NCBI GenBank assembly: GCA_026169045.1
Contig: JAPFDH010000081.1
Span: 1-43,618, forward strand
Origin: Lachnospiraceae bacterium
GTDB taxonomy: Bacteria > Bacillota > Clostridia > Lachnospirales > Lachnospiraceae
DNA: 43,618 bases
Direction of reading: 5' to 3'
The notes under the pieces were generated by a model, which worked only from the letters and a program-made list of their open reading frames with translations, did not search any database and had not been told where the DNA came from. Positions 9,663 through 19,287 of this stretch are shown piece by piece. Position numbers and translations under genes: made by a program. Every line of letters starts with the position of its first letter. Within the stretch, counting starts at the first letter, position 1.

Positions 9663-11738
9663 ATGTATCAGGAATATGAACAACATCATTTTTTGCTGGA
9701 CGGATATGAAGGGACTGTAATTGAGCCCAAACATCCGAGAGGGGATGGGGCATACATATGGCGTATGGAATTTTTAGGCGCCTTTGATTATGCGGATCGG
9801 GAATTGCTGAATCGGGGATGGCATTTGGTATATTATAAGGTTAGTGACCAATTTGGTGCTCCCAGTGTATTGCCTGCTATGAGAATGTTTCAAACATATA
9901 TAGAAGAACAGTTTCAATTGAAGGAAAAGGCAGTTTTATTTGGTTTCAGCAGAGGCGGATTGTATGCGGTGAATTATGCTGCGGCATATCCGGAAAAAGT
10001 CTGGAAACTATATTTGGATGCGCCGGTATTGGATGTTTTCAGCTGGCCGGGAGGATTCGGCCGTGGTGAGAGAAGCCCAAAAGACTGGGAACTGTGTAAG
10101 CAAATCTATGGGATTCAGGAAGGAGATCGGGATTGCTGTGAAAATCCGATCCATAAGATTCAGACATTGATTCAGCATAGAATCCCTGTGATTTTAGTGG
10201 CAGGAGATGCGGATCGTGTGGTTCCGTTTCAGGAAAATGGTAAGCTGCTATATGCAGATTATATGCTGGCAGGAATGTCCATACCTTGTATTATTAAAAA
10301 AGGAGTAGGCCATCATCCCCATAGTTTATCTCAGCCGGATGAACTTGTTGATTGGATTTCGTATGATCCGGAATATGGGGCAATTATAGAAACGGGAGCG
10401 CAGGATTGGCAAATTTTTCAACAGGAAGAAGGTATGGCAAAGGTAGTTTTGCGTGGCCGATGTGTGGATCATGCATCTATGGAACGATACCATGCGTTTG
10501 TCCGGGTTGTGGAAGAAGCAGATGGGCGTCCGGTCGTGGACTGGATGCGCTGTGAGGAATATGGGGACGGATGGAAAATAGAATTGAATATTCCCACAGG
10601 TGGATTATATCGCATTGAATCCTGTATGGATCTGACTGAAGTTTGTAATGAATGGTCCAGACGGGGCGACTGCATCCGCCATATTGGAGTAGGAGATGTT
10701 TTTGTCATAGCGGGACAGAGCAATTCGGCGGGATATGGGAAGGATATGATCACAGATCAGCAAGAACTGGGTATTCATCTATTGAAAAATAGTGGTACCT
10801 GGGATATTGCATCCCATCCTATGAATGATTCTACCCATACGGTTCATCCGGAAAACAGGGATGGTGCCAATACAGGTCAAAGTCCGTATTTAAGTTTTGC
10901 TAAGTATTTAAAACGTATTCTTGGATATCCCATAGGTTTGGTACAGGCGGCTTTGGGGGGAAGTTCTCTGAAGCAATGGCAGTGTGATGGTGGTGAACTT
11001 TATCGAAATCTAATGGAAATCATGCAATCGATACCGGGAATCAAAGGGATTTTGTGGTATCAGGGATGTACCGAAGCAGGTGCTGGAGAAGGAGACACCT
11101 ATTTTCAACGATTTGCTCAAATGGTTGGAGATATCAGAAGAGATGCCGGAATGGAAGATTTGCCATTTTTTACATTCCAGCTGAACCGTCTGATGGAGCA
11201 TGCTCAGGAAAACAAAAAATACGAATGGGGAAAAGTACGAGAGGCGCAGCGTCAGGCAGCAAAGACCCTTCCCTATGTATATGTGGTTCCGGCAGTGGGA
11301 GGAAGTATGTCGGATCAGATTCACAATAGTGCATCTGCAAATCTTGTTTTAGGGGAACGCATGGCCAAGTCTGTTTTGGGACATTTATACGGAAAAGCCA
11401 TTGCTTGTGATGCACCTAATTTAAAATCTGCTATGAAAAAGGATAATAAAACAATTGTATTGGAATTTGATTCGGTTTCCCGTGAACTGGCCTGGTATAG
11501 TGAAACAGCTAAGGAACACATATTTGGGGTAGAAGCGGACGGAAAAGAATTTTTACCGCAGAAGTGTACAATAGTGGGGCCTGCTTCCATAGAATTGGAA
11601 TTTTCAGAGATCCTTCCAAAGAAATGCAGAGTTTACGGTGCTGCTGATATGGATCTGCCCTATGATCTTCCGGTGGATAGCGCGACGAGAATGCCGATGT
11701 TGGCATTTTATGGAGTCCTGGTTCAGGAAAAAGAATAG
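9663..11738 (+). CDS. Two-domain carbohydrate esterase: N-terminal alpha/beta-hydrolase domain fused to a C-terminal SASA/DUF303 (sialate O-acetylesterase-like SGNH) domain
   Basis: N-terminal GFSRGG nucleophile-elbow-like motif. C-terminal DVFVIAGQSNSAGYG (GQSN SGNH block I) and GCTEAG. Confidence 0.7.
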   Translation: MYQEYEQHHFLLDGYEGTVIEPKHPRGDGAYIWRMEFLGAFDYADRELLNRGWHLVYYKVSDQFGAPSVLPAMRMFQTYIEEQFQLKEKAVLFGFSRGGLYAVNYAAAYPEKVWKLYLDAPVLDVFSWPGGFGRGERSPKDWELCKQIYGIQEGDRDCCENPIHKIQTLIQHRIPVILVAGDADRVVPFQENGKLLYADYMLAGMSIPCIIKKGVGHHPHSLSQPDELVDWISYDPEYGAIIETGAQDWQIFQQEEGMAKVVLRGRCVDHASMERYHAFVRVVEEADGRPVVDWMRCEEYGDGWKIELNIPTGGLYRIESCMDLTEVCNEWSRRGDCIRHIGVGDVFVIAGQSNSAGYGKDMITDQQELGIHLLKNSGTWDIASHPMNDSTHTVHPENRDGANTGQSPYLSFAKYLKRILGYPIGLVQAALGGSSLKQWQCDGGELYRNLMEIMQSIPGIKGILWYQGCTEAGAGEGDTYFQRFAQMVGDIRRDAGMEDLPFFTFQLNRLMEHAQENKKYEWGKVREAQRQAAKTLPYVYVVPAVGGSMSDQIHNSASANLVLGERMAKSVLGHLYGKAIACDAPNLKSAMKKDNKTIVLEFDSVSRELAWYSETAKEHIFGVEADGKEFLPQKCTIVGPASIELEFSEILPKKCRVYGAADMDLPYDLPVDSATRMPMLAFYGVLVQEKE

Positions 11739-11767
11739 GAAAATGATCCAAAATCAGGAGGATAAAA

Positions 11768-12835
11768 ATGACAGAAAGAGAAAATTTACTTCATTTACTT
11801 AGAAAAGAGGGATATGAGAAAATTCCTGTTGAGTTTTCTCTGTGTCCAAGCCTGGTGGAACGATTCAGAAAAGAGACCGGTAATCCGGATGGCGATTATA
11901 TGGAATATTTTGGAATGCCTTGGAGACATGTGGGTGGTCTGATCCCGGAAGATGAAGAGATAAGCCGTTTTTTGCCCTATCATGGAGAAATTAATGACCA
12001 TACGACTATAGATGAATGGGGCGTGGGACATGAGTCTACCCCTACCTCCATGCATATGACAAAGATGCATCATCCATTGGAAAATGCGGAGAGCGTGGAG
12101 GAAATTCAAGCATATCCGATTCCGATTTATACAGAAAAGAAGAATGGATGGGTGAAAGAAAAGGTTACAAAACTGCAGAAAAGAGGTTTGGCAGCAGTAG
12201 GAAATATGCAGTGCACCATTTGGGAAACCTCCTGGTATATCAGAGGAATGGAAAACCTGATGATGGATATGCTGTGTGAGGAAGAAATGGCAAATGCTGT
12301 ATTTGATATGGTGGAAAAGATGTCGACAGACCGCGCGATGATTTACGCAAATGCCGGAGTGGATATTTTGTTTCTTGGAGATGATATTGGTATGCAGCAT
12401 AGCATTATGATGAGTGAAGAACTCTATAAGAAATGGATTTATCCGAGATTGAAGCGTTTGATTTGCAAGGTAAAAGAAGTACGCCCGGATCTTCTCGTTT
12501 TTTATCATTCCTGTGGCTATGTGGAACCGTTTATTCCGTATCTGATTGATGCTGGAATTGATGTATTGAACCCGATTCAGGCAGAATGTATGAAATTTGA
12601 AGAGATTTATAAAAAATATGGAGATAAAATTTCATTCCATGGCACAATTGGAACCCAAACGGTGATGCCATTTGGTACCCCACAGGAAGTCAAGGAAAAT
12701 GTAAAGGGAAATTTGGATATAGTCGGGTCAAAGGGTGGCCTTTTTGTGGCCCCGACCCATCTTTTAGAACCGGAAGTACCATGGGAAAATATTCTGGCTT
12801 ATGTGGAAGCATGTCGGGAATATAAAAACGGTTGA
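11768..12835 (+). CDS. Uroporphyrinogen decarboxylase (URO-D)-family protein (MtaA/CmuA-like fold) of unknown role in the glycan locus
   Basis: URO-D-like blocks (DILFLGDDIGMQHSIMMS; FYHSCGYVEPFIPYLIDAGIDVLNPIQ). SD AGGAGG. Confidence 0.65.
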   Translation: MTERENLLHLLRKEGYEKIPVEFSLCPSLVERFRKETGNPDGDYMEYFGMPWRHVGGLIPEDEEISRFLPYHGEINDHTTIDEWGVGHESTPTSMHMTKMHHPLENAESVEEIQAYPIPIYTEKKNGWVKEKVTKLQKRGLAAVGNMQCTIWETSWYIRGMENLMMDMLCEEEMANAVFDMVEKMSTDRAMIYANAGVDILFLGDDIGMQHSIMMSEELYKKWIYPRLKRLICKVKEVRPDLLVFYHSCGYVEPFIPYLIDAGIDVLNPIQAECMKFEEIYKKYGDKISFHGTIGTQTVMPFGTPQEVKENVKGNLDIVGSKGGLFVAPTHLLEPEVPWENILAYVEACREYKNG

Positions 12836-12862
12836 GAAATGGAATAAAATAATATAGCAAAG

Positions 12863-12902
12863 GAGAGGAATCCGTGACAGTATGGAATCCTCTCTTTTTT
12901 TG
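12863..12902 (+). terminator. Rho-independent terminator closing the glycan operon
   Basis: GAGAGGAATCC...GGAATCCTCTC plus TTTTTTTT. Confidence 0.8.
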
Positions 12903-12967
12903 GAAAAGGTGGATCAAATGGTTTGCAGCAGAGAGAAGATTTGTAGGATGGGAAGAAGTTTGCTATA

Positions 12968-13444
12968 ATGAAAGCATCAGTGGAAAAGGATGGTACGAAA
13001 AGGATGGAACAATATAAAATTAAAATAGTGAAAAAGAATGATGCATGTACAGCGGAATATGAAATCGGTGATGTATTTGAAATAACCGGTACCTGGTATG
13101 GGGGCGTGCATATTATGGGAAAATCTGGTGTTCCGGTGTCTTTGGATAAGGAGGAGTATGAAGAACTGAAAAACGAAGAGGAAGAAAAGAGGGATATCCG
13201 GGAAGGCGATATCGTACGGCATTTTAAACGAGAATGGGTATCTCAGGATACGACAAACTATATGTATAAAGTTCTTACCTTTGCCAAACATACAGAAACC
13301 GGTGAAAGACTGGTGATTTATCAGGCGCTTTATGCACCGTTTGCTGTGTGTGCCAGACCATATGGAATGTTTATGGGAAAAGTGGACAAGGAGAAATATC
13401 CGGATGTGAAACAAAAATATCGTTTTGAAAAAGTGGAGGTGTGA
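12968..13444 (+). CDS. DUF1653 domain-containing protein
   Basis: C-terminal block [26 protein letters not shown]...ARPYGMF matches the DUF1653 signature. Confidence 0.6.
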   Translation: MKASVEKDGTKRMEQYKIKIVKKNDACTAEYEIGDVFEITGTWYGGVHIMGKSGVPVSLDKEEYEELKNEEEEKRDIREGDIVRHFKREWVSQDTTNYMYKVLTFAKHTETGERLVIYQALYAPFAVCARPYGMFMGKVDKEKYPDVKQKYRFEKVEV

Positions 13445-13445
13445 T

Positions 13446-13718
13446 GTGGCATCCGAAAAGACAGAAGAATTGTATCAGGTGTTGATGGAAAAAGGATATC
13501 CCCAAGGGCTTTGCAGCGAGATTGCTTATAAATATATGAATACAGATTACACTGCGACCCGTATGTTGGGATATCTTTATCGTGTCAGTGATCCGAGGGT
13601 AGAAGATTTGGTAGATGAAATGCTGGCTATTTTAGCGGATCGACAACAAATGATTCAGAAAAAAGAAATGGAACAGGCCCAGGCAGTTATCAATGATATC
13701 TATGAAAATGGTTTATAA
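13446..13718 (+). CDS. Small hypothetical protein
   Basis: ORF with in-frame GTG after GGAGGTG. No recognisable domain. Confidence 0.4.
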   Translation: MASEKTEELYQVLMEKGYPQGLCSEIAYKYMNTDYTATRMLGYLYRVSDPRVEDLVDEMLAILADRQQMIQKKEMEQAQAVINDIYENGL

Positions 13719-13744
13719 GAGAAAGTAGATAAAGGAGAAATAGT

Positions 13745-14614
13745 ATGTCATATCATTTTTGGGGATGGGAGCAAGCCCATGTAACGGCTATTACAAAGGA
13801 ATATAAAGGGATTCGTACGCCATTGGATTTATACGATGCACTTTCGAAAATTTGGAGTGCGGATACTTGTGCACCGCGGATGAGAAAAAACTGGTCTCCG
13901 GAAAATAAAACACTGGGACAGTGCTCGATTACTGCATTTTTGGCTCAGGATATTTTTGGGGGAGAGGTATATGGAATCCGCCTTCCGGACGGAAATTATC
14001 ACTGTTATAATGTGATAGGCGATTGCCGGTTTGATTTGACCAGTGAACAGTTTGGTAATGAGGTATTGGTTTATGAAGAAAATCCGAAACAGGAGAGAAT
14101 GGTACATTTTGCAAAAGAAGAAAAACGTCTGCGCTATGAATACCTGAAACAACAGCTGAAGGCATTTTGCAGTGAAGGTGAAAAGAAAGGATTTGGACGG
14201 GACGATGTGTTTTCACTGGCAAAAAGAAAATATGGTACAGAACCGGAATATCCTTGGAAAGACAGAAATGCTGTCCTGAGACACAAAGAAAATAAAAAAT
14301 GGTATGGCTTGATTATCCGGGTATCCAAAGAAAAATTGGGAATTGAGGGAAACGGGGAGGTGGATGTGCTGAACGTAAAAAGTGATCCGATTTTGATTGG
14401 TTCGTTGCTTTCCCAGAAGGGATTCTATCCGGCGTATCATATGAATAAAGAAAAATGGATCAGTATTCTTTTGGAAACACCGGGAATGGAAGAAATGACG
14501 GAAGGACTGCTGGATATGAGCTATGGCCTGACACAGGAGAAACAAGGAAAAAAGATGGGGAAAAAGGAAATGAAAAACGACAGCAAAATGGGGAAACCGT
14601 TTGTTGGGAGGTGA
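13745..14614 (+). CDS. Fusion protein: N-terminal YunG-like domain of unknown function plus C-terminal MmcQ/YjbR-family domain
   Basis: C-terminal KWYGLIIRV...LNVKSDP...GFYPAYHMNKEKWISILLE matches the YjbR/MmcQ pattern (YHMNKKHW). SD AAAGGAG. Confidence 0.6.
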   Translation: MSYHFWGWEQAHVTAITKEYKGIRTPLDLYDALSKIWSADTCAPRMRKNWSPENKTLGQCSITAFLAQDIFGGEVYGIRLPDGNYHCYNVIGDCRFDLTSEQFGNEVLVYEENPKQERMVHFAKEEKRLRYEYLKQQLKAFCSEGEKKGFGRDDVFSLAKRKYGTEPEYPWKDRNAVLRHKENKKWYGLIIRVSKEKLGIEGNGEVDVLNVKSDPILIGSLLSQKGFYPAYHMNKEKWISILLETPGMEEMTEGLLDMSYGLTQEKQGKKMGKKEMKNDSKMGKPFVGR

Positions 14615-14620
14615 TCGTAT

Positions 14621-15361
14621 ATGGCCTTGTATGCATTGGGGGATTTGCATTTGAGTTTTCAGGTAAAAAAACCAATGGATCGGTTTGGCTCAGTGTGGAA
14701 GCATCATGAACGAAAAATCTGGAAATATGTAAACGAAACGGTAGGTGAGGAAGACACACTTGTACTTACCGGTGATCACTCCTGGGGAAGAAAATTAGAT
14801 GAATGTCGGGAGGATCTGGCGTTTATCGAAGAACTGCCGGGGAAAAAGATTTTACTTCGGGGAAATCATGATATGTTTTGGGATGCAAAGAAGACGGAAC
14901 GTCTGAATCAGGAATATAGCGGACGGTTATTTTTTTTGCAGAATAATTTTGGTGTGTATCAAGATTATGCTCTTGTAGGAACCAAGGGATTTACGTTTGA
15001 AGGACCGTTTTATCTGGACCGCTGGGGCAATATAATGGGATGGGATGAAGAACGGGAAGAACAAGCCAAAAAGCTGGTGCAGAGGGAAATGGAACGTTTG
15101 CGGGAATCCTTTGAACAGGCTAAAGAAGCTGGATATCGCAAATTTATCTTGTTTTTACATTATCCACCGACAAATATTTTAGAACAGACTTCTCCGTTTA
15201 CCGAAATTGCGGAAGAATATGGTGTCAGATCAGTCGTTTATTCCCATTGTCATGGAGAACAGAGGTTTGGGGATAGTATTCAAGGAACGTTTCACGGTAT
15301 TTCTTACTTTCTGGTATCTGGAGATTATCTTAATTTTCATCCGTTGAAATTATTGCCTTAA
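14621..15361 (+). CDS. Metallophosphoesterase (calcineurin-like phosphoesterase)
   Basis: GDLHLS, LVLTGDHSW, LRGNHD metal-binding motifs. SD GGGAGGTG. Confidence 0.8.
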   Translation: MALYALGDLHLSFQVKKPMDRFGSVWKHHERKIWKYVNETVGEEDTLVLTGDHSWGRKLDECREDLAFIEELPGKKILLRGNHDMFWDAKKTERLNQEYSGRLFFLQNNFGVYQDYALVGTKGFTFEGPFYLDRWGNIMGWDEEREEQAKKLVQREMERLRESFEQAKEAGYRKFILFLHYPPTNILEQTSPFTEIAEEYGVRSVVYSHCHGEQRFGDSIQGTFHGISYFLVSGDYLNFHPLKLLP

Positions 15362-15474
15362 AATCATCTTATCCTTCCGAAAATTTTTGAAATTCACTTG
15401 CGTATATAAAATATTTATATTAAAATCGGAATATAGAATAAAAATATATTTATTATGGGGAGAGGGGGATTGTA

Positions 15475-17109
15475 ATGGAACAGTTTATTCCTATTCTTAT
15501 TATTGTCGGAATTATTGTGGCAATTATTGTTTTCCTGTGTTGTATTTACCGTGTGGCAGATATTGATAAAGCCCTAATCATAACAGGAGGAAAAGAGCCG
15601 GTCATTAAGGTATCAGGGGGTAGTTTCGTTATTCCGATTTTCAGAAAAGCTCAGTATTTTGATTTGTGTATGCTGACTGTGACAGCGGATAAAGATGAAA
15701 TCAGAACGGTGACATCCGTTCCTATTGTTACAGACTGGACAGCACAGATCCGGCCGGATGTGAGCAATCTGGAAAATCTGAAAAAGGCGATTATGTCGTT
15801 TAAGGAAAGAGGACAGGCGGGTATTGTCACCGATGTGAAGCTGACACTGACTGGTGCTGTCCGTGATATCGTTGCCTCTATGACCCCGGAAGCCGTACTT
15901 CGGGATAAAGCAGAGTTTGCGCAGAAAGTAAGAGAAACAGTGGAAGATGAAATGCGGAATATGGGAATGGAACTGGTTTCTCTTAATATTCAGGATATTT
16001 CGGATAATAACAATTACTATAATAATATCGCAGCATTGGATATGGAAGATAAAAGGCTGGCTGCAGAAAATAAGCGGGCAGATATTGATCGGGATGTCAG
16101 AAAAAAGAAGGCAGAAGCAGAAAAAGAAGCAGCACAGAATGAATTGCAGGCACAGTTGTCTGTAGCAGAAAAACAGCGGGATAATGATTTGAAACGGGCG
16201 GGATTTAAGGCAGAAACCGATAAGGCAAATGCCGATGCAGAAGTAGCCGGTACATTGCAGCAGACCATTCGTGCCCAGGAAGTAGCGGAACAGCAGGGAC
16301 GGGTAGAAGTGGTACGTCAGGAGCAGGCAAATCTGGCAGCGATCAAAGAAAAAGAAGTCATTGTGACAAAGGCACAGGCGGAAAAACAAAAGGCAGAGAT
16401 TGCATCGGAAGCAGAAGCTAATATAAAGAAAATTCAGGCAGAAGCAGATGTACAGGTGGCCCAAAGAGCGGCGGAGGCACTGAAAATCCAGGCAGAAGCC
16501 AATGCGGAAAAAACGAGAAAAGAAGGGCAGGCGACTGCGGAAGTAAAAAGACAAAACGGTTTGGCAGAAGCGGAAGCGGAACGTGCGAAGCTGATGGCAC
16601 AGGCAGATGGTGAGCGGGCACTGGCAGAGGCACGTGCATCCAATGAAAAGGTAAATTTTGAAATTGAAAAACTGAAGATTGAGATGGAAGCGAAGATTAC
16701 CATTGCGACAAAGACAGCAGAGATTATGGCGGAAATCGGTAAAAACGCAGAGTTTGTCAATATTGGCGGTAGTGCCAGTGGTTCCGGTTCCTTAAACAGC
16801 CCTACAGGAAATGTTTTGTTGGATACCTTGGCCGGTGTTCCGACTTTAATGAAAACGTTAAATGCTGAAAATGAAGCTCTCAATAAAAAATCGTTCAATG
16901 ATGAACTGAGAGATTTGGTGGCAAGTATTGCCGAACCGATAAAAGGTGTTTTATCTACCCATGAAACAACGAATATTCATAATGAGGCCGGTGATACCGC
17001 AGCACAGCCGGACGGTTCCGCAACTGCTCAAACCGATTCTTTGTCGGATTCTTCCAGTGATACATCTGTAACGAAAGATCGCGATACAACAGAGTCAGTG
17101 TCTGAATAA
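15475..17109 (+). CDS. Flotillin-family (SPFH/band 7) membrane protein with long A/E/K-rich coiled coil and low-complexity S/T/D tail
   Basis: N-terminal TM, SPFH-like block, then an extended AEA/EAE coiled-coil region typical of FloT/YqiK. Confidence 0.75.
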   Translation: MEQFIPILIIVGIIVAIIVFLCCIYRVADIDKALIITGGKEPVIKVSGGSFVIPIFRKAQYFDLCMLTVTADKDEIRTVTSVPIVTDWTAQIRPDVSNLENLKKAIMSFKERGQAGIVTDVKLTLTGAVRDIVASMTPEAVLRDKAEFAQKVRETVEDEMRNMGMELVSLNIQDISDNNNYYNNIAALDMEDKRLAAENKRADIDRDVRKKKAEAEKEAAQNELQAQLSVAEKQRDNDLKRAGFKAETDKANADAEVAGTLQQTIRAQEVAEQQGRVEVVRQEQANLAAIKEKEVIVTKAQAEKQKAEIASEAEANIKKIQAEADVQVAQRAAEALKIQAEANAEKTRKEGQATAEVKRQNGLAEAEAERAKLMAQADGERALAEARASNEKVNFEIEKLKIEMEAKITIATKTAEIMAEIGKNAEFVNIGGSASGSGSLNSPTGNVLLDTLAGVPTLMKTLNAENEALNKKSFNDELRDLVASIAEPIKGVLSTHETTNIHNEAGDTAAQPDGSATAQTDSLSDSSSDTSVTKDRDTTESVSE

Positions 17110-17199
17110 AGAAATTATCTGCCGGAAAATGGATGGATTGAGATGGACGAAAACTCCAGCTATAAACCATTCATTTTCCTGTGTTTTTTATCGGATAAA

Positions 17200-17301
17200 T
17201 GTAACAGTTCAGCCCGCGCCATTCGTAAAACCGCACTGCGTGCTTATTATGGCTGTCGCCACTGTTTTACTCATTTACAGCCCTATGGCTGAACTGTTAC
17301 A
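17200..17301. repeat. Perfect 15-bp inverted repeat (TGTAACAGTTCAGCC / GGCTGAACTGTTACA) spaced 72 nt, with a third degenerate copy inside
   Basis: Seen directly in the sequence. Lies between the flotillin gene and the promoter of the NifX-FKBP gene. Confidence 0.6.
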
Positions 17302-17328
17302 GATAAATATGAAATTTACCGGAAAGTC

Positions 17329-17356
17329 TTGACAATACCGAAAAGATGGGGATAAT
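17329..17356 (+). promoter_or_regulatory. Sigma-A-type promoter (TTGACA, 16 nt spacer, GATAAT)
   Basis: Consensus -35 and near-consensus -10 about 70 nt upstream of 17428. Confidence 0.5.
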
Positions 17357-17427
17357 GATAAAAAGAGATCCCAATCATGAAATAAAATGAAAATCTATGG
17401 GAGAAAAAGAAAGAAGAGGTTCAGACA

Positions 17428-18276
17428 ATGAAAATTGCAGTCACATATGATAATGGGAATGTATTTCAGCATTTTGGAAAAACAGAATTTTTTAAGGTAT
17501 ATGATGTGGAGGATAATAAGGTCGTATCCAGTGAAGTAATCAGTTCCAACGGAACCGGACATGGCGCGTTGGCAGGACTTTTGGCTGATCAGTCAGTGGA
17601 TGTGTTAATCTGCGGTGGGATCGGCGGAGGAGCCCAGGCAGCATTGGCAGAAGCAGGCGTGACATTATGCGCCGGAGCCCAGGGAAATACCGATGAAGCG
17701 GTAGAGGCATATCTGAAAGGTGAACTGGTATCCACAGGTGCAAACTGTGATCATCATCACGGAGAAGAACATAGCTGTGGGGATCATGAAGAGGGGCATA
17801 GCTGCGGAGGACATTGTGGCGGTTCCTGTGGCGGCCATGCAGCGATTACCGGACGCAATGTGGGAAAGACATGCCGGACACATTATAAAGGAACATTTAA
17901 TGACGGAACACAGTTCGATTCTTCCTATGACAGAGGAGAACCGTTGGAGTTTATTTGCGGAGCAGGTCAGATGATTAAAGGATTTGATGCCGCAGTGGCT
18001 GATATGGAAGTGGGTCAGATCGTGGATATTCATCTGATGCCGGAAGAAGCCTATGGTATGCCAGATCCCAATGCAATCTTTACGGTTTCCATCGCACAGC
18101 TTCCCGGATCAGAAGAATTGGAAGTGGGACAGCAGGTATATTTGTCAGATCAGACAGGGCGTCCGTTTCCAGTGAAGGTGACAGCCAAAGAGGAAGATAC
18201 GATTACGTTTGATGCAAACCATGAGATGGCAGGAAAGGAACTAAATTTCCGTATTGAACTGGTGGAAGTGAAATAG
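17428..18276 (+). CDS. Fusion of a NifB/NifX-like (dinitrogenase FeMo-cofactor-binding fold) domain, a His/Cys-rich metal-binding linker, and a SlyD-like FKBP-type peptidyl-prolyl isomerase with IF domain
   Basis: N-terminus MKIAVTYDNGNVFQHFGKTEFFKVYD...LICGGIG. Linker CDHHHGEEHSCGDHEEGHSCGGHCGGSCGGH. C-terminus FICGAGQMIKGFDAAVADMEVGQ...DANHEMAGKELNFRIELVEV (SlyD-like). Confidence 0.7.
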   Translation: MKIAVTYDNGNVFQHFGKTEFFKVYDVEDNKVVSSEVISSNGTGHGALAGLLADQSVDVLICGGIGGGAQAALAEAGVTLCAGAQGNTDEAVEAYLKGELVSTGANCDHHHGEEHSCGDHEEGHSCGGHCGGSCGGHAAITGRNVGKTCRTHYKGTFNDGTQFDSSYDRGEPLEFICGAGQMIKGFDAAVADMEVGQIVDIHLMPEEAYGMPDPNAIFTVSIAQLPGSEELEVGQQVYLSDQTGRPFPVKVTAKEEDTITFDANHEMAGKELNFRIELVEVK

Positions 18277-18294
18277 TGTAAGAAAATCCAATTG

Positions 18295-18347
18295 CCTTTA
18301 TACGGACTACTGCAAAACATAAGGAGTAGTCTGTATAAAGGTTTTTT
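18295..18347 (+). terminator. Rho-independent terminator
   Basis: CCTTTATACGGACTACT...AGTAGTCTGTATAAAGG plus TTTTTT. Confidence 0.85.
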
Positions 18348-18492
18348 ATTTATGCGCAGACAACAAGCCGTGGGCGGATGCTTGTATACACATACGGCGA
18401 CTGTCCGCGAACGTGAGAAACTTGCAAAGCGTGTTTCTCATGTTATAAAATAACGGATATAGGAGAAGAATGCAAAAAAGGGGGGTGAAATT

Positions 18493-19248
18493 ATGATATA
18501 CATAACCGGGGATTGTCACGGAGACTTTAAAAGATTTAATACCAGAAATTTTCCAGAGCAAAAAGAAATGACAAAGAAGGATTTTATGATTGTATGCGGA
18601 GATTTTGGCGGTGTGTGGAATAAAAAAGAGGAGAGTAAACAGGAAATAAAGACACTGGATTGGTTGGAAGAAAAGCCATTTACCACATTATTTGTGGATG
18701 GGAATCATGAAAATTTTGACCGTCTCAAAGAATATCCGGAAGAAAGATGGAATGGGGGAAAAGTTCACAGAATTCGTCCATCGGTTTTTCATCTGATGCG
18801 CGGACAAGTATTTCAATTAAATGAAAAAAAGATTTTTGTTTTTGGTGGTGCCAGCAGCCACGATATAGACGGGGGAATCCTGGAAACGGAAGATCCTCAC
18901 TTCAAAAAGAAAAGAAAAGCATTGGATGAGGAAGGAAAATCCTATCGCATCAACCATGTAAGCTGGTGGAAGGAGGAACTGCCTTCAGCAGAGGAAATGG
19001 AGGAAGGACGCTGTAATTTGCAGAGAGTGGATGATAAGGTAGATTTTATTGTGACCCATTGTTGTGCTTCTTCTACCCAGTTATTGCTTGGTCACGGAAA
19101 TTATCAGCCGGATATCCTGACAGCATATCTGGAAGAGATCAGGCAAGCCGTGCAGTTTAAAAAATGGTTCTTTGGCCATTATCATGATAATCAAAATGTC
19201 AGCGCAAAGGAAATACTCTTATATGAGCAAATGATCCGTATTTCTTAG
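18493..19248 (+). CDS. Metallophosphoesterase (Ser/Thr-phosphatase-like, NinI-type)
   Basis: GDCHGD, VCGDFGG, DGNHEN motifs. SD AAGGGGGGTG. Confidence 0.75.
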   Translation: MIYITGDCHGDFKRFNTRNFPEQKEMTKKDFMIVCGDFGGVWNKKEESKQEIKTLDWLEEKPFTTLFVDGNHENFDRLKEYPEERWNGGKVHRIRPSVFHLMRGQVFQLNEKKIFVFGGASSHDIDGGILETEDPHFKKKRKALDEEGKSYRINHVSWWKEELPSAEEMEEGRCNLQRVDDKVDFIVTHCCASSTQLLLGHGNYQPDILTAYLEEIRQAVQFKKWFFGHYHDNQNVSAKEILLYEQMIRIS

Positions 19249-19287
19249 AAGGATTGATAGGAACGAAAGGAGGATGTGAATCACAAT

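Noticed and set aside
11795-14650. Antisense ORFs 11795..12508, 12977..13414, 13829..14222, 14213..14650 and similar short ORFs overlapping + strand genes throughout the window
   Set aside because: Each overlaps a well-supported + strand gene with SD and domain signatures. They lack SDs and have atypical composition. All real genes except 21056..22480 and 32731..33237 are on the + strand.
15613-16898. Long minus-strand ORFs (15613..16554, 16017..16268, 16418..16639, 16434..16898) antisense to the flotillin gene
   Set aside because: They lie inside the A/E/K-rich coiled-coil coding region, where the reverse-complement frames are naturally open. They are low-complexity Cys/Phe/Ser-rich with no SD. 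They are artefacts.
17129-17332. ORF 17129..17332 (67 aa)
   Set aside because: It spans the 15-bp inverted repeat and promoter region, and has no SD. Its likely role is as non-coding regulatory DNA.
18346-18561. Minus-strand ORF 18346..18561
   Set aside because: It overlaps the terminator and the SD/start of the + strand metallophosphoesterase gene. Spurious.
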